The notes below the pieces were generated by a model that was given only the letters and a program-made list of their open reading frames with translations, did not search any database and was not told the origin of the DNA. A stretch of DNA of 64,000 nucleotides from Blepharisma stoltei ATCC 30299 (Eukaryota > Protista > Ciliophora): positions 1 to 64,000 of the forward strand of contig CBFDEM010000018.1 of assembly GCA_965603825.1 (NCBI GenBank), in the 5' to 3' direction. Every line of letters begins with the position of its first letter. Position 1 is the first letter of the stretch. The translations under genes were made by a program, and so were the position numbers. Shown here piece after piece: positions 39,786 through 51,439 of this stretch.

Positions 39786-40256
39786 TTAAATTGATTTGCT
39801 GTACTGACTTAAAAAATTTGAACCAAGTCGACTGTTATTTTGCATAATTTTCCTCTCTTCAGAGATGCTAGGAAGCTGATGTGGACTAGCTTCACCGCAA
39901 GCACTTGCTTTTTTCTCTAAATCCATTTGAAAATCAATCGGCTCGAGCTGAACATATCCGTTTTCTATGGAAAAAGGTAGTTGAACATGAACTTTCCTAT
40001 GAGCAGATAATTGAGAAAGCTGTCTGTATTTTTTGTTGCACCCTGGTACCCTGCACGCATAAGGCTTCTCGCCTGTGTGAATAAATCTATGCTCGATAAG
40101 ATTTTGCTTACTAACAAGCTGCTTGTTGCATATATTACAGACAAAAGCTCGTAAAAATAGATGCCTTGTATTTATATGGCGTTTTAGGTTGTATTTGCTT
40201 CTGAATTCGCGAGCACACCAAGAATAATAGCAGGTAAATTTGATATTTTCTTCCAT
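39786..40256 (-). CDS. C2H2 zinc-finger protein (3 fingers)
   Basis: CYYSWC..H..H, CNIC..HRFIH, TGEKPY, CRVPGC..HRKVH. Confidence 0.9.
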   Translation of the reverse strand: MEENIKFTCYYSWCAREFRSKYNLKRHINTRHLFLRAFVCNICNKQLVSKQNLIEHRFIHTGEKPYACRVPGCNKKYRQLSQLSAHRKVHVQLPFSIENGYVQLEPIDFQMDLEKKASACGEASPHQLPSISEERKIMQNNSRLGSNFLSQYSKSI

Positions 40257-41185
40257 TTTAAAATTATTGAGAAGTAACATTTTTCATTTTTTTCTGTTTA
40301 ATTAGATTAATGCATAAAAAAGGCGAAAATCGGAAAACTGACAGCACTGGTTTTTGAGTATTAAAAAAGCGATGCAAAAATAATAGAGTTTTTATAGATC
40401 TTTCTTTACCTAGTGTTTGGGATCCAAAGTAGACGTCGTAAAGAAAATATTTATAATATTAAAACGAAAAAGAAAGCTGATTCTATTGATAAATTTCTGA
40501 AAAAGAAATTGAAAGGAATGAAAATTAGGAGTACTTAGAGGGTTAGGAATTTGAATTTTACAATAATAAAATTCTGATTAGATTTGCTGGTTTTTTTCTA
40601 AATGTTTAAAACATTTCATATCTTTTTTATATTAATATGAAAATATTAAGAAACAGTTTTTACTGTATTTCTGTTTTTAATTTATTTTGTGTTTAAGTAG
40701 AATATTTTTATTTGGATTTCCTAAAGTTTTGCTGCATATTTCCGCCATGAGCTGAACAATAAATCTCGAAAAATTCCTCTTTATTTTAGTTGGTATTTTA
40801 AGGTCAAGCTTTTCTCGTTTTGCTAGAATGATGTCAAGAACTGCTATATCCTATTAGTTGAAGCTTGTTTTAGATGGTTATACAAAATGCTCCATAAAAA
40901 ATATTACATCGGTACAAAAAATATAATAGTCATTTATGTAACTGCTTGCATGATTTAAACGATGTTTTTTCTCAAAAATTACTTTTTCATGCTAATAACT
41001 GAGCTAAGCTCAGCAGAATCCCTAGCTCAATTAAAATCAATTTTTTTTTATTATGTTTTTTGAACAAATAATTTATAAGCATTCAGCATTTAGCGTCATC
41101 AATAACTTATATAAGATTTAATTAAAAAATTTCAGAGATAGAGAATACCAAAACCTGCTATACACTCACAGAAGATTTAATAAAG

Positions 41186-42441
41186 ATGGATCGTCTATCA
41201 AGTAAGTCTGCATTGCTAAAAGGAGCACAGGTGAAGATGCGCTGTCTAACAGCAGGCAAAACTACAAACTGAAGGTGAAACATCCGAACATTATTGTTCA
41301 AAGACCCAGAATTGCGAACAGGCTCAGAAATTGAGGCACTTGAGTGTTTTTTATCTGTAAAGCATAAGCAAGGACAATCGGTTCCTCTCCCAATACATCG
41401 AAAGTGGCAAGCTAAAATCTCTATGCAAGGTCATAAAGTGCCATTCTTACAGCCATGGCTGCGAAGTCTATAAAGAAGGAAGCATCGGAGACTGTTTTTA
41501 CATCATTTTTGATGGAAAAGCCAAGCTCATCTCTTCAAAAACCTCCCTCGTTAACGAGCTTCTCCCTGGAGACTCCTTTGGAGAGTTTGCTTTACTATAC
41601 GGTCAGCCTCGCACAAATACAGCGATTACTACAGAAGATTCTGAGCTGATTGAGCTAGACAGAGACTCATTTGAAAAAATCGTAAAAGTAAGGCATAATC
41701 AGAGCGTCCTTTTTGACCCTATTGATATTCTCCCATTCTTAAAAAATACTGTTTTATTTAGATATACAAGGCCAGAAAACTTGGAATTAATAGCACAAAT
41801 AATGACTCTAAGAGAGTATTCGGCGAATACTGTTCTACTAACCCAAGACGAGCTTCCTCCAGGGATTTTTATAATTTATTCAGGCTCAATAAAGATTTTC
41901 AGATCAATGTCTTTTAGGGAGTCTGCTACAAACTGCACAGAGTCAATGATAAAAAACCCGATAGAAGGAGATAGGACTGAACAAAAAGAAATTACCATTG
42001 CAGAGTTAGGGCAAGGAGAAAGTATAGGGGATTATGATAGTTTTAACGAAAGCAGGGCAAAATTTTTTGCAGTCACCAGCATGCCAAGCTTGGTATTTGT
42101 AATAAGTAAAGCGGATATAACACGTGACATTTTGTATGATATGAATGTAAAAGCACTAGAAACCCCTGATGACCAACAGCTCAGAGAGACCTATTTCCAA
42201 AAGCAAAAATGGAATATTTATAAGAGCAAGCTTATAAAAACAGTCAAAACTGAGATGACGCTCTCCAAAAGGTAAATTTTAGGTTAGTAAATGGAAAACC
42301 TCGCTAAGGTCAGTCACCCCTCAGCCAGTCGAGAGACTTAATTTAGACCAGATCCACCTGCCCCCTATCCGGCTTTCAAGCAAATCCCAAAGCAAAACTC
42401 CAGTGAAGCAGAAAATAAAATACCCACTTACAGATAGATAA
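41186..42441 (+). CDS. Tandem cyclic-nucleotide-binding domain protein with three tiny introns (TGA=Trp)
   Basis: After splicing 41357-41372, 41688-41702 and 42272-42287: VYKEGSIGDCFYII..G..GDSFGEFALLYGQPRTNT and LTQDE..GIFIIYSG..ELGQGESIG; ends TAA 42441. Confidence 0.88.
41357..41372 (+). other. 16-nt intron GTAAAGCATAAGCAAG
   Basis: Required to bring the N-terminus into frame with the first cNMP domain. Confidence 0.85.
41688..41702 (+). other. 15-nt intron GTAAGGCATAATCAG
   Basis: GTAAG..CAG, A at position 10; in-frame, so not forced by the ORF. Confidence 0.75.
42272..42287 (+). other. 16-nt intron GTAAATTTTAGGTTAG
   Basis: Removes TAA and opens a further ~51 codons to TAA 42441. Confidence 0.75.
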
Positions 42442-42455
42442 ATTTTGTTAATAAA

Positions 42456-42794
42456 ATGGTCAAACGAGTGATTCTAAGGAAAAGATGCCCTTACCACACC
42501 AAATCTCACAAGATCAGACAGGTAAAAACACCAGGAGGCCGTCTCCTTGTTCACTACGTGAAGAAAATCGCTAAAGGACCTCACTGCAAAGAGACTGGGG
42601 AAAGATTAGCAGGTATTCCAGCATTAAGACCTAAAGAATACTCAAGAATCAACAAAAAGGACAGGACTGTCTCAAGAGCTTACGGTGGAGTTTTATCACA
42701 TAAAACAGTAAAAGAAAGAATTATTAGAGCTTTCCTCACTGAAGAAGTTAAGGTCATCAAGAAGAAAATGCAACAGCAGAAGAAGACCAAGTAA
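42456..42794 (+). CDS. RPL34: 60S ribosomal protein L34 (eL34)
   Basis: Y.TKS.K...VKTPGGRL, GIPALRP, TVSRAYGG, RIIRAFL.EE. Confidence 0.97.
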   Translation: MVKRVILRKRCPYHTKSHKIRQVKTPGGRLLVHYVKKIAKGPHCKETGERLAGIPALRPKEYSRINKKDRTVSRAYGGVLSHKTVKERIIRAFLTEEVKVIKKKMQQQKKTK

Positions 42795-43088
42795 GGATTT
42801 ATTAACTAAGTCTTTCTAAATTCATCAAAATTTTTCCTCCATAGCAGGAAGCCTATGCTTGTGGATTATGCTTTAAAAGTAAATTTTTGTTTTTCATTGG
42901 GAAATTTTGCCTCTAAATTGATTTTTTTATTGTATTAGCTTATTATTTATAGGATTTATCATGTAATAAGGCATTTCAAGCTAAATTGCAAGCTCTCATT
43001 TTCAGCTGATTAATTCACAAAATTAGTTTTCAGCTTTAGAGAAATAACTAAGAAAATACTCTTTCATAATTAAACTGCTAATATTCAA

Positions 43089-44663
43089 ATGGCAGCTGAT
43101 ATCCGCATTAAAGGCGAAGGCAAGCCAATTCCTCACATCCTACAAAAGCCTAGAAAAAACCAGTTTGACGAAGTCCTTCTTGAATCCGAACGACTCCTTA
43201 CAGGCTCAAATGCGAACGCTGAAATTAATCTACCTAACCCCGATCTCACTGTAAATCTCAAATCTTTGTCAAGCCTGTATTTAGATGCCAATAAAAAATT
43301 CATTGAGCTTAAAAAGAAACTTGAGCAGTTCTACTTGGACGCCAGACGTGAGCATCCAATTCTTCATCCGAACCGCTCGCATCAATGAACAAAATTACTG
43401 TACCAGTCCCTCCATAAACTGCTGAATGAGTGTGTTTTCACAAGTGCTAGGAAGCTACAATTAGAATGCCTTGACCGTGTATATGATTGATACTATGAAA
43501 AAATTGGAAAAGAAAATAGCTTACAGGTAGAAGAAGAACAGCCGAACGGCGGCGTGATTAGAGAGCCTATAAGTGTTTTTGAGATTGAAGACGAAGTAGA
43601 GCAGCTAGGAGACGCCCAGAATTTTGATAAATTATCACATTATAGTCGAAGGCAAATAAATTCAGCTAACAGCCAAAGGCCGATAACTGCTATATCTACT
43701 TCTTCAAAATGGCTTGAACAAAGGCCTCAAAGCACTTTTAGAGGTGCAGTCCAAGCTTTTGTAGGGGCTGGAGAGCCTATAAAGCCTACAGATGATCCTG
43801 GCTTTGAAAGCACCTATGTCACCTACAAGCCGCTTGGAGAAGACGCAGAAAAGTTAATGGAAAAAAGATTCCAGAACTTCAGAAACAAAGAAGTCGCTGA
43901 AAAAAGGCTCAGAGACGAGATGAACCAAAAAGTCAAAAGATGGGTCAGCGCACGAGCAAAACGAGCTGAAGAGCAAAGCAGGAGGACCGAAAGCTTCAGA
44001 TTCGCATCAAAATTCGAACAAAGAGCTTACTCTCCTGCTCGGCCAGCGACTTCTTCATCTTTTAATGTAGGAAAAGCAAGCTTGATTGATTTTACGAAGC
44101 AAATTGACCCACAAATAGACTTAGAAAGTGAGGACAGCAAACTTCCCCCACTGGTTGACGAGACTTTGCCGATGCATAAACTTGATAAAGTAAATACTTT
44201 AAGAAAGCTCCATGGAGACCTTATAGATGCTAGGAATGTTGATGAAGGTAAATTAATCCAAGACCCAAGCGCAGTTACACTTACCGTGTATCCTCAGTCT
44301 ACTTCTAAAGGCTGATACAAGCAAAGTGACACAAGTCGGCCAGTTACAGCTGGGACCACATTTCCAGCCCCCAGAAGTAGCAGCTTAAGAGCTCTTGACA
44401 GGCCTATAACAGCCCAGACAAGAGGCCAAATTGAAGAGCTATACGAAGTCAAGCGAAGATTGGCAAGCCACAATATCCCTTGTTCTTTTGACGCAATGAA
44501 ATATGCTTTGTTGACACCTGACGACCTGCCGTCAGAGCAGCTGACTGTTTCAAGCTTGCCCAAGCCTGGAGCTGGGTTATTGCTGAACCCGTTCATCAAA
44601 ATAGGGAAGAAGAAAAAGAAGAAAAAAGGCAAGAAAAAGGGCAAAAAGTCGAAAAAGGCGTAA
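43089..44663 (+). CDS. Hypothetical 524-aa protein with RPx(S/T) motifs and a poly-Lys tail (TGA=Trp)
   Basis: ORFs 43089, 43554 and 44460 share one frame, joined by TGA only. Confidence 0.85.
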
Positions 44664-44678
44664 TAATGTTTATGTTTA

Positions 44679-45251
44679 TTATTGAAGAGATAAAAGCTTT
44701 AAAATTTTTCTTCTGGCTGACGGGGGGATGTAAAGCCTTTCTAAATCAGCTGCGGTTAATTGGTAAAACTCAGAAAGAGAGATGCCTTCGTCGTAGAATG
44801 CAGGCAAATATTGGCTAAGGCTAAGAGAATTCAAGACTTCTTCGAGAGATGCAGATGAACTGTAGATTGCAAGGTAATTTAAGCCGTCTTCTGGGCTGCT
44901 AAGGCTAGCTGGGGTCTTTGATGGCGGCTCTAAATCAATAATGACTTGTCGTTGGCTGTTTGTTTTGTTCTGGAGAATTGAGGTAAAGCGATTTTGGACA
45001 TTTTGAAGCGTTTTCTTAATTGTGTAGCCATTTTGTAGTTTTAGGATTATTAGTGCCAAAGCTCGTGATAAGGCTTCTTCAGTGCTTTCAAAGTCTGAAG
45101 AGCCACTGATAACTTTAGTTTCTTCGCTAAGTTTGAGTTTTCCATATCTTACGATATTTGAGCAGCCTTGGTTTCAGATTTCCCAAAACTTGTTTTTACT
45201 TCTATGAACCATGTAAATCTTTTCTCTTGCATTGATTTTGGCGCTTTCCAT
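44679..45251 (-). CDS. WGR-like domain + SAM domain protein, 190 aa (TGA=Trp)
   Basis: ATG 45251: ..SKNKFWEIWNQGCSNIVRYGKL..DFESTEEALSRALALIILKLQNGY (WGR-like); C-terminal LEEVLNSLSLSQYLPAFYDEGI..LTAADLERL.IPPSARRKIL (SAM). Confidence 0.85.
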
Positions 45252-45480
45252 AATTAATTATATCAGTCAGTGCAATATCCGAACTTGTATAATTTATTCA
45301 TAAAAAGCTCTTTTCAAGGTGCTTAAAATCTAAATCCCCATTTCATGATGATTTCATTTTTTTAAGCATATAAAGTAAATTAAATGTTTTACATTAATGC
45401 TCTCTTCCTTGAGGAATGTATGAAAAGTAATAACTTAAATTTTAAAATTTTTGTTATTTAGATTTGTAACAAACATAAAT

Positions 45481-45978
45481 ATGGGCAAAAGTGAAGACAA
45501 AGAACAAAGCGAATCATCTATCTCAGTTAACCCAGATAACTCAGGTCCACCTCCGAATAATAATCCAGGGTATACTTATCCTGTAGGAGCGCCTATTGCG
45601 GAGTACCCTTATGTTGCCAATGGAAATCAAAACTACCCTCCTCAAGCTGACCCATCTTGCTATCCTAATCAACAGCTAGCTCCAATGTACATAGGCAGCG
45701 CAGTCGTAGTAGACCAGCCTCCTATGCAGGCACAAAATATTCCTATTCAATTTGGACGTAAGCCCGTCACAATGGTATGCCCACAGTGTCATGAGATGAT
45801 GAATACAGTGATAAAGAGAAGGCCAGGACTGTTCGTTTTTCTACTAGTGGTGCTTTTGGTCGTAGTCTTTTGGCCTGCGTTTTTTGTTCCTTTCTTCTTT
45901 ATCTGCTGGTATGATGTTTACCATAACTGTGGCAAGTGCAAAATGTCTCTTGGGTCGAAAAAGATACTTGGAGGATAG
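45481..45978 (+). CDS. LITAF-like zinc-ribbon membrane-associated protein
   Basis: Pro/Tyr-rich N-terminus, P.TMVCPQC, hydrophobic core, DVYHNCGKC. Confidence 0.9.
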   Translation: MGKSEDKEQSESSISVNPDNSGPPPNNNPGYTYPVGAPIAEYPYVANGNQNYPPQADPSCYPNQQLAPMYIGSAVVVDQPPMQAQNIPIQFGRKPVTMVCPQCHEMMNTVIKRRPGLFVFLLVVLLVVVFWPAFFVPFFFICWYDVYHNCGKCKMSLGSKKILGG

Positions 45979-46241
45979 CAAGAAAATAATTAAAATCTCA
46001 TTTAATCTGTGTAATCATCTAATTTTACTGATAAATTAGCTTAAATTCAGGCTAATCATATTTATAGAAAGAATGCTATAGGGTTTATCTTATTAACTAA
46101 GCCAAATAAGCTCTCAAATTTCTTTATGGCTTAGACTAATGGAAAAAAATCTGTAGTAGAGAAAGATTTTGTCTTTAGTTGTAATTTTGCAAGTAAATAG
46201 TTCAATCAGCTTGATTTAGTATAAGCAAAATATACTAATAA

Positions 46242-46595
46242 ATGAATTGGGTGGTCGATTTATTTTTCTCAGGCGAATTACTAAGGTCTCAACTTCGCAC
46301 ATTTAAAGATTCTGAAGATTTAACAGCTGAAGAATGTGATATAATTGAAAAGGCTTATAACAAAGGTTGGTGGATGCAGAATCTTTCTCAGCTCCCGATT
46401 ATGTATTTAGCTGTCACAGCGCTTAGCAGTAAAAACATTTATAAATTATCTTTGCGGAAAAAAGCAGGTGCTTATTTGCTTGTTGGAAGTGGACTTGGTG
46501 CTTGCTATTTGATTTTAGGAACATTTATATGAAATTATTGTTCTCAGGAAGCAGAACCTGTTTTGAAAAACTTTTTTAAGAATTATAATCCATAG
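46242..46595 (+). CDS. Small membrane protein (TGA=Trp)
   Basis: Read-through of TGA 46530 to TAG 46595; two hydrophobic segments. Confidence 0.7.
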
Positions 46596-47118
46596 AAATT
46601 AAGGAATCTAATTATCTAGGAAAGAGAAATAATATTAATTAGTAACTCGCAGGCTAGTTTTTAATGAGAAATCCTTAAAGTTACAAAAACTTTTTATATT
46701 GATTTTCATGTGTCAATTAATTAAGAATGTGTACTTAGAACTTGAAGAAAAAGAAATCAGGCCAGGACACGCTAAAATATTAATACCTTTGGAACTTAGA
46801 ATTCAATAATAGCATCACTTCTTTCAGGTTTGTTCTCCAAGTTAGTTTTAGTATTTTTGTTATATTTTATAGCACACCCTTTCTCTATTTTCTTACAGTG
46901 TAATAATCATTATTACAGCAAGTATATTTTGAATAAAAAACCCTCTTAATTGATCAAACCAATAAAATAATAATGCCTCCTCATCTTACTTTGCAGCTCG
47001 TCAAATATTTTATGATACCTTCATAATTGAATATAAGTACATTGCGATTATTCATCCATTTTAGCAAATCCAATTCAGAAATTTATAAGCATAATCAATT
47101 AAATAAAAATCTATTGAA

Positions 47119-47478
47119 ATGGGAGATCTAAAAGAAGATACCGACGACATCCTTAACTTTGCAGAATTAATTGATAAATATAACTCGTCCAAGGCTCATA
47201 ATAGACTGAAAAACACGATCGCTGCTCTTACTGCAGCAATTGCAATACTTTTACTCGTCCTCGCATTCTTTTATGTCCAGCACGTCCAAATGCTTGACAT
47301 TATCCAAAAGCAAGCGTCTATTCTTGAAGGGAAAGAAGAAATGATCAAGAAAATTCTGGAACATGGAGACAAGAACTCTTGGTCCAACTTCCTCATGAGG
47401 CAATTAACTGAATACTCAGAACGTGCCATTTTAGGATACGGGTATACTTTTGCTTCGAAGGTCTTGAGCTTTTTCTAA
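47119..47478 (+). CDS. Small single-TM protein
   Basis: 119-aa ORF with TM IAALTAAIAILLLVLAFFYV. Confidence 0.75.
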   Translation: MGDLKEDTDDILNFAELIDKYNSSKAHNRLKNTIAALTAAIAILLLVLAFFYVQHVQMLDIIQKQASILEGKEEMIKKILEHGDKNSWSNFLMRQLTEYSERAILGYGYTFASKVLSFF

Positions 47479-47575
47479 TTTAACATGCATTTATCAACTT
47501 ATTTCTATAAAATAATTAAAAATTTATAGCTATAAGAATAGATTTATAGTGCAGATATAATAAACTATTACAAAA

Positions 47576-48307
47576 ATGTCATTTCTCGTCAGTCGCAAAG
47601 ACCACCACCGTTCAGGCGTCAAAAAAGAAGTCAAGCGCTTTTTGGGCGAAAAAAAAGCAGGGACTGGAATTGACCCTAAAGGTACTTTTATTGAGTTTTT
47701 GAAAAAAGATGTGAAGCAAAATCTAGATGTCCACAGAGATACCGTAAAAAGTGTGGAAAATTTAGACTCAAGAAGTAACTTGCCAGCATTAGGCTGCACA
47801 AAAAAATATCGAAGTGTAGCTGCCGAGAGCAGAGAGCCAGTTCCATACAGGCTAGAGACGGACCATATTTCTTTCCGTGCAACTGACAGCAAAACAGGCT
47901 TCATTCAAGCAGGTAATAGCATAATGGGCAAGCCGAACCATACAGTCCCTAATCCAGTTGATAAAGGCTGGTCTCCAACAGTCCATAAGGTATCTATGAG
48001 AAACTGCCAGAGCACCCCTTATGATATCATAAATTTCGAAGAAAATCCCAATGCTGTTGTGAGGAAAGCTATCAATATTGACGCGAGGAGGGAAAAAGGA
48101 ATCACTGAGTTTTCAGATTTAACGAGACCACTGCATTCGGGTGTCAATAAAGAGCATTCTGAGGCGATTGAAAAAGATCAAAGGGTGTTTTTTAGGAAAA
48201 CAGGGATTTTTACACATATTTATGATGCGGCTGCTAGGCTTGGAAACATTACAATGCCATTTGATAAGCACCAGGATTTAGGAGGGAGACCAGCTTTTAA
48301 GTGCTAG
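47576..48307 (+). CDS. Hypothetical protein
   Basis: 243-aa ORF, AAAATG start context, coding-like composition. Confidence 0.8.
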   Translation: MSFLVSRKDHHRSGVKKEVKRFLGEKKAGTGIDPKGTFIEFLKKDVKQNLDVHRDTVKSVENLDSRSNLPALGCTKKYRSVAAESREPVPYRLETDHISFRATDSKTGFIQAGNSIMGKPNHTVPNPVDKGWSPTVHKVSMRNCQSTPYDIINFEENPNAVVRKAINIDARREKGITEFSDLTRPLHSGVNKEHSEAIEKDQRVFFRKTGIFTHIYDAAARLGNITMPFDKHQDLGGRPAFKC

Positions 48308-48411
48308 ATGTTTATATTTAGTTTAATAAAGAATTAATTATTTCGATTAAAAATTGGGCTAATTTAAAAAGGCAGTTTTGTAAAAATATTTATCTAAAAT
48401 TTGTTAATCAA

Positions 48412-50418
48412 TTAATCGACTTCTTCAACATTTGGTCCTTTAGGTTGTCCTCCAGTCTCTCCACCAGCTCCACCAGGGAATCCACCTGGGAATCCGCCAC
48501 CTGGGAATCCTCCAGGCATACCGCCAGGCATCCCTCCAGGCATTCCTCCAGGCATTCCTCCAGCAGCTCCTGCAGCTTGATAAATCTTGGTCATGATTGG
48601 GTTGCAGACTGCTTCAATTTCCTTTTGTTTAGCCTCATACTGTTCAGTTTCTGCATTTGGATTTGACTCAAGCCATCTTTGGATTTCATCAATTTTAGTG
48701 TCCAAAGCTGTCTTGTCAGCAGCTTCAATCTTGTCTTTTAATTTTTCGTCATTAAGAGTGTTCTTTAAGTTGTATGTGTAGCTTTCAAGCCCGTTACGAG
48801 CTTCAACTTTTTTCTTAAGCAGTTCGTCTTCCTGCTTGAATCTTTCAGACTCAGCGACCATTCTTTCAATGTCGTCCTTGGTAAGTCTGCCTTTGTCGTT
48901 GGTGATTGTGATTTTGCTAGCTTTGCCAGTTCCTTTGTCTTGGGCAGTGACGTTTAAGATACTGTTGGCATCGATGTCAAAGGTAACTTCAATTTGTGGG
49001 ACTCCACGAGGCGCTGGTGGGATTCCTTCTAAATTGAATTTGCCTAATAAGTGGTTGTCTCTTGTCATAGATCTTTCACCTTCGAAGACTTGGATGCAGA
49101 CACCAGGCTGGTTGTCAGCATAGGTGGTGAAAATTTGGGTTTTCTTGGTTGGGATGGTTGAGTTTCTAGGGATCAAAACAGTCATAACACCGCCGGCAGT
49201 TTCAATTCCGAGGGAAAGAGGGGTGACATCAAGCAGCAATAAGTCTTGGACTTGGCTGGATGAGTCTCCAGAGAGAATAGCTCCTTGGACTGCAGCTCCG
49301 TAGGCGACTGCTTCGTCAGGATTGATGCTTCTGCATGGCTCTTTTCCGTTGAAGAATTCTTGAATCAGCTGTTGGACTTTTGGAATTCTGGTGGAGCCTC
49401 CTACAAGCACGACTTCGTGGATTTGATTCTTAGCCAAACCTGAGTCTTTAAGCACTCTTTCGACTGGCTCAATGCAACCTCTGAAGTAGTCCATGTTCAG
49501 CTCTTCAAATTTGGCTCTTGTAATGGTTGCAAAGTAATCAGTGCCTTCTGCCAAAGAGTCAATTTCTACTGAAGCTTGAGTGGCTGAGGACAAAGTTCTT
49601 TTTGCTCTTTCACAAGCAGTCCTAAGTCTTCTGAGGGCTCTGTTGTTACCATGGATATCAATTCCGTTCTTTTTCTTGAAATCAGCTGCACAGAAGTCGA
49701 CCATTCTGTTATCAAAATCTTCTCCTCCCAAGTGAGTGTTTCCTGAGGTAGCTTTGACTTCAAAAATACCGTCTTCAATAGTAAGTAAAGACACATCAAA
49801 AGTGCCACCGCCTAAGTCGAAAATCAAGACGTTCATTTCACCTGCTCCTTTCTTGTCAAGACCATATGCAATTGCAGAGGCAGTTGGCTCGTTGATGATT
49901 CTTTTGACGTCAAGGCCTGAAATGGTGCCTGCGTCCTTGGTAGCTTGTCTTTGGGAGTCGTTGAAGTAAGCTGGGACTGTGACGACAGCGTTCTTGATGG
50001 TTCTGCCAAGATAAGCTTCAGCAGTCTCTTTCATCTTGAGTAAGACCATGGCAGAAATTTCTTCAGCGTAAAATCGCTTGGATTCACCTTTGAACTGGAC
50101 AACGATTTGTGGCCTATCATCAGGGCCGCAGACGACTCTGAATGGCCAAAGTCTCATGTCTTGTTGGACAATGGTGTCGTGGAACTTTCTTCCGATAAGT
50201 CTTTTAGCGTCAAAAACTGTGTTTTCTGGGTTTCTTGCGACTTGATTCTTAGCGGCATCGCCGATAAGTCTTTCTGTTTCTGTGAAGGCGACATAGGAAG
50301 GAGTTGTTCTGTTGCCTTGATCATTGGCAATGATTTCAACTCTGTCGTTCTGCCAAACACCTACACAGCTGTAAGTTGTACCGAGATCAATACCGATGCA
50401 AGGACCGTCTCCTGACAT
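48412..50418 (-). CDS. HSP70: Cytosolic HSP70
   Basis: [28 protein letters not shown] repeats, C-terminal EEVD. Confidence 0.99.
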   Translation of the reverse strand: MSGDGPCIGIDLGTTYSCVGVWQNDRVEIIANDQGNRTTPSYVAFTETERLIGDAAKNQVARNPENTVFDAKRLIGRKFHDTIVQQDMRLWPFRVVCGPDDRPQIVVQFKGESKRFYAEEISAMVLLKMKETAEAYLGRTIKNAVVTVPAYFNDSQRQATKDAGTISGLDVKRIINEPTASAIAYGLDKKGAGEMNVLIFDLGGGTFDVSLLTIEDGIFEVKATSGNTHLGGEDFDNRMVDFCAADFKKKNGIDIHGNNRALRRLRTACERAKRTLSSATQASVEIDSLAEGTDYFATITRAKFEELNMDYFRGCIEPVERVLKDSGLAKNQIHEVVLVGGSTRIPKVQQLIQEFFNGKEPCRSINPDEAVAYGAAVQGAILSGDSSSQVQDLLLLDVTPLSLGIETAGGVMTVLIPRNSTIPTKKTQIFTTYADNQPGVCIQVFEGERSMTRDNHLLGKFNLEGIPPAPRGVPQIEVTFDIDANSILNVTAQDKGTGKASKITITNDKGRLTKDDIERMVAESERFKQEDELLKKKVEARNGLESYTYNLKNTLNDEKLKDKIEAADKTALDTKIDEIQRWLESNPNAETEQYEAKQKEIEAVCNPIMTKIYQAAGAAGGMPGGMPGGMPGGMPGGFPGGGFPGGFPGGAGGETGGQPKGPNVEEVD

Positions 50419-50460
50419 TTAATTATAGATTGTGATGGGCTAGGGCTTTAAAAGGGATAT

Positions 50461-50475
50461 CGAAGGTTCTAGAAG
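50461..50475. promoter_or_regulatory. Heat-shock element cGAAggTTCtaGAAg
   Basis: Three perfect alternating nGAAn units ~43 nt upstream of the HSP70 ATG. Confidence 0.8.
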
Positions 50476-51439
50476 TCATTTTTCCAAAATGTCATCCATT
50501 AGATGAGTGAGAAGAAAAAGGGTTAAAGAAATAGCAGAAGAGCTGGGAATAAAGGAAAGACCAGAGAGATATTATGGGTGACTATGGAAATTATGATTTT
50601 TTACTTAGAAACCAAAGAAAAAGTTATGTCAATAAAAAGTGCATTTTTAATGTAAAGGATCAAGGAGCTTGAGAGCTGCAAAAAATCATATGGGAAGAGT
50701 TGCTTGAAAATAAACTCAGAAATAGATATGAAGATTAGCTAAAAGGATTTATTATTTAGAAAAAGAGGATTAATTTTAAGATCTTTTAGTATTTTAAGAT
50801 TTCGCTGAGAATCACAAAGATTTGCATACAAATTGGAAATTTAAAACAAGAAAATCTCTTTCTGCATCAATCTATGATAATCTCACTAAGCAGAACTATA
50901 TAGAATTCATACCTCTTTATGGATCGGGCATCTTGAGGAAGATTTCCACAATTAAGCTAATTTTGCCTGAACTCCCTATATCCTCTCCAATAAACACAGT
51001 CCCTAGCACAGCCAATGGACCTCAATCTCCATTTGTCTCTCAGCAACCTCAATCTCAGCCATTTCTGCAGTTTTTGATAGCATCTCTTTAATCCAAGTAA
51101 AAACCTGCGCCTGGAAATGCCAAAAAACCTTCTTCCTAAAGATCTAATGTGTCTGCTTTGGCAGAGGTGAGTGCTGCGGCGGCTGTGTCTATATGGAATG
51201 CAAAAATCTGCCTGAATGAGAAAATGAAATACGAGAACCCAAACTTTTGTATTGATACGTATCCCTGAAGTCTTTAGACAAACGAGCCACAAATCCCAGT
51301 TTCCAGCTGCAGCTGTCTGAGGTCTGGGTGTCTAAAAATCAAGCATGCTACGCAAATGGAAAATCCGCCAACCCTGCTGTAAGTGTAAGTGTGTCTAATG
51401 TGAAGCAGATATAAGGAAAATATAAAATTAATCTATTAT

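Larger units (their letters stand above)
37836..40833. repeat. Tandem segmental duplication (~1.48 kb units: 37836-39309 and 39350-40833)
   Basis: Both units begin ATTCGAATTAAAATATTAGGCTTGT and end GCTAGAATGATG, with near-identical non-coding flanks. Confidence 0.95.
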
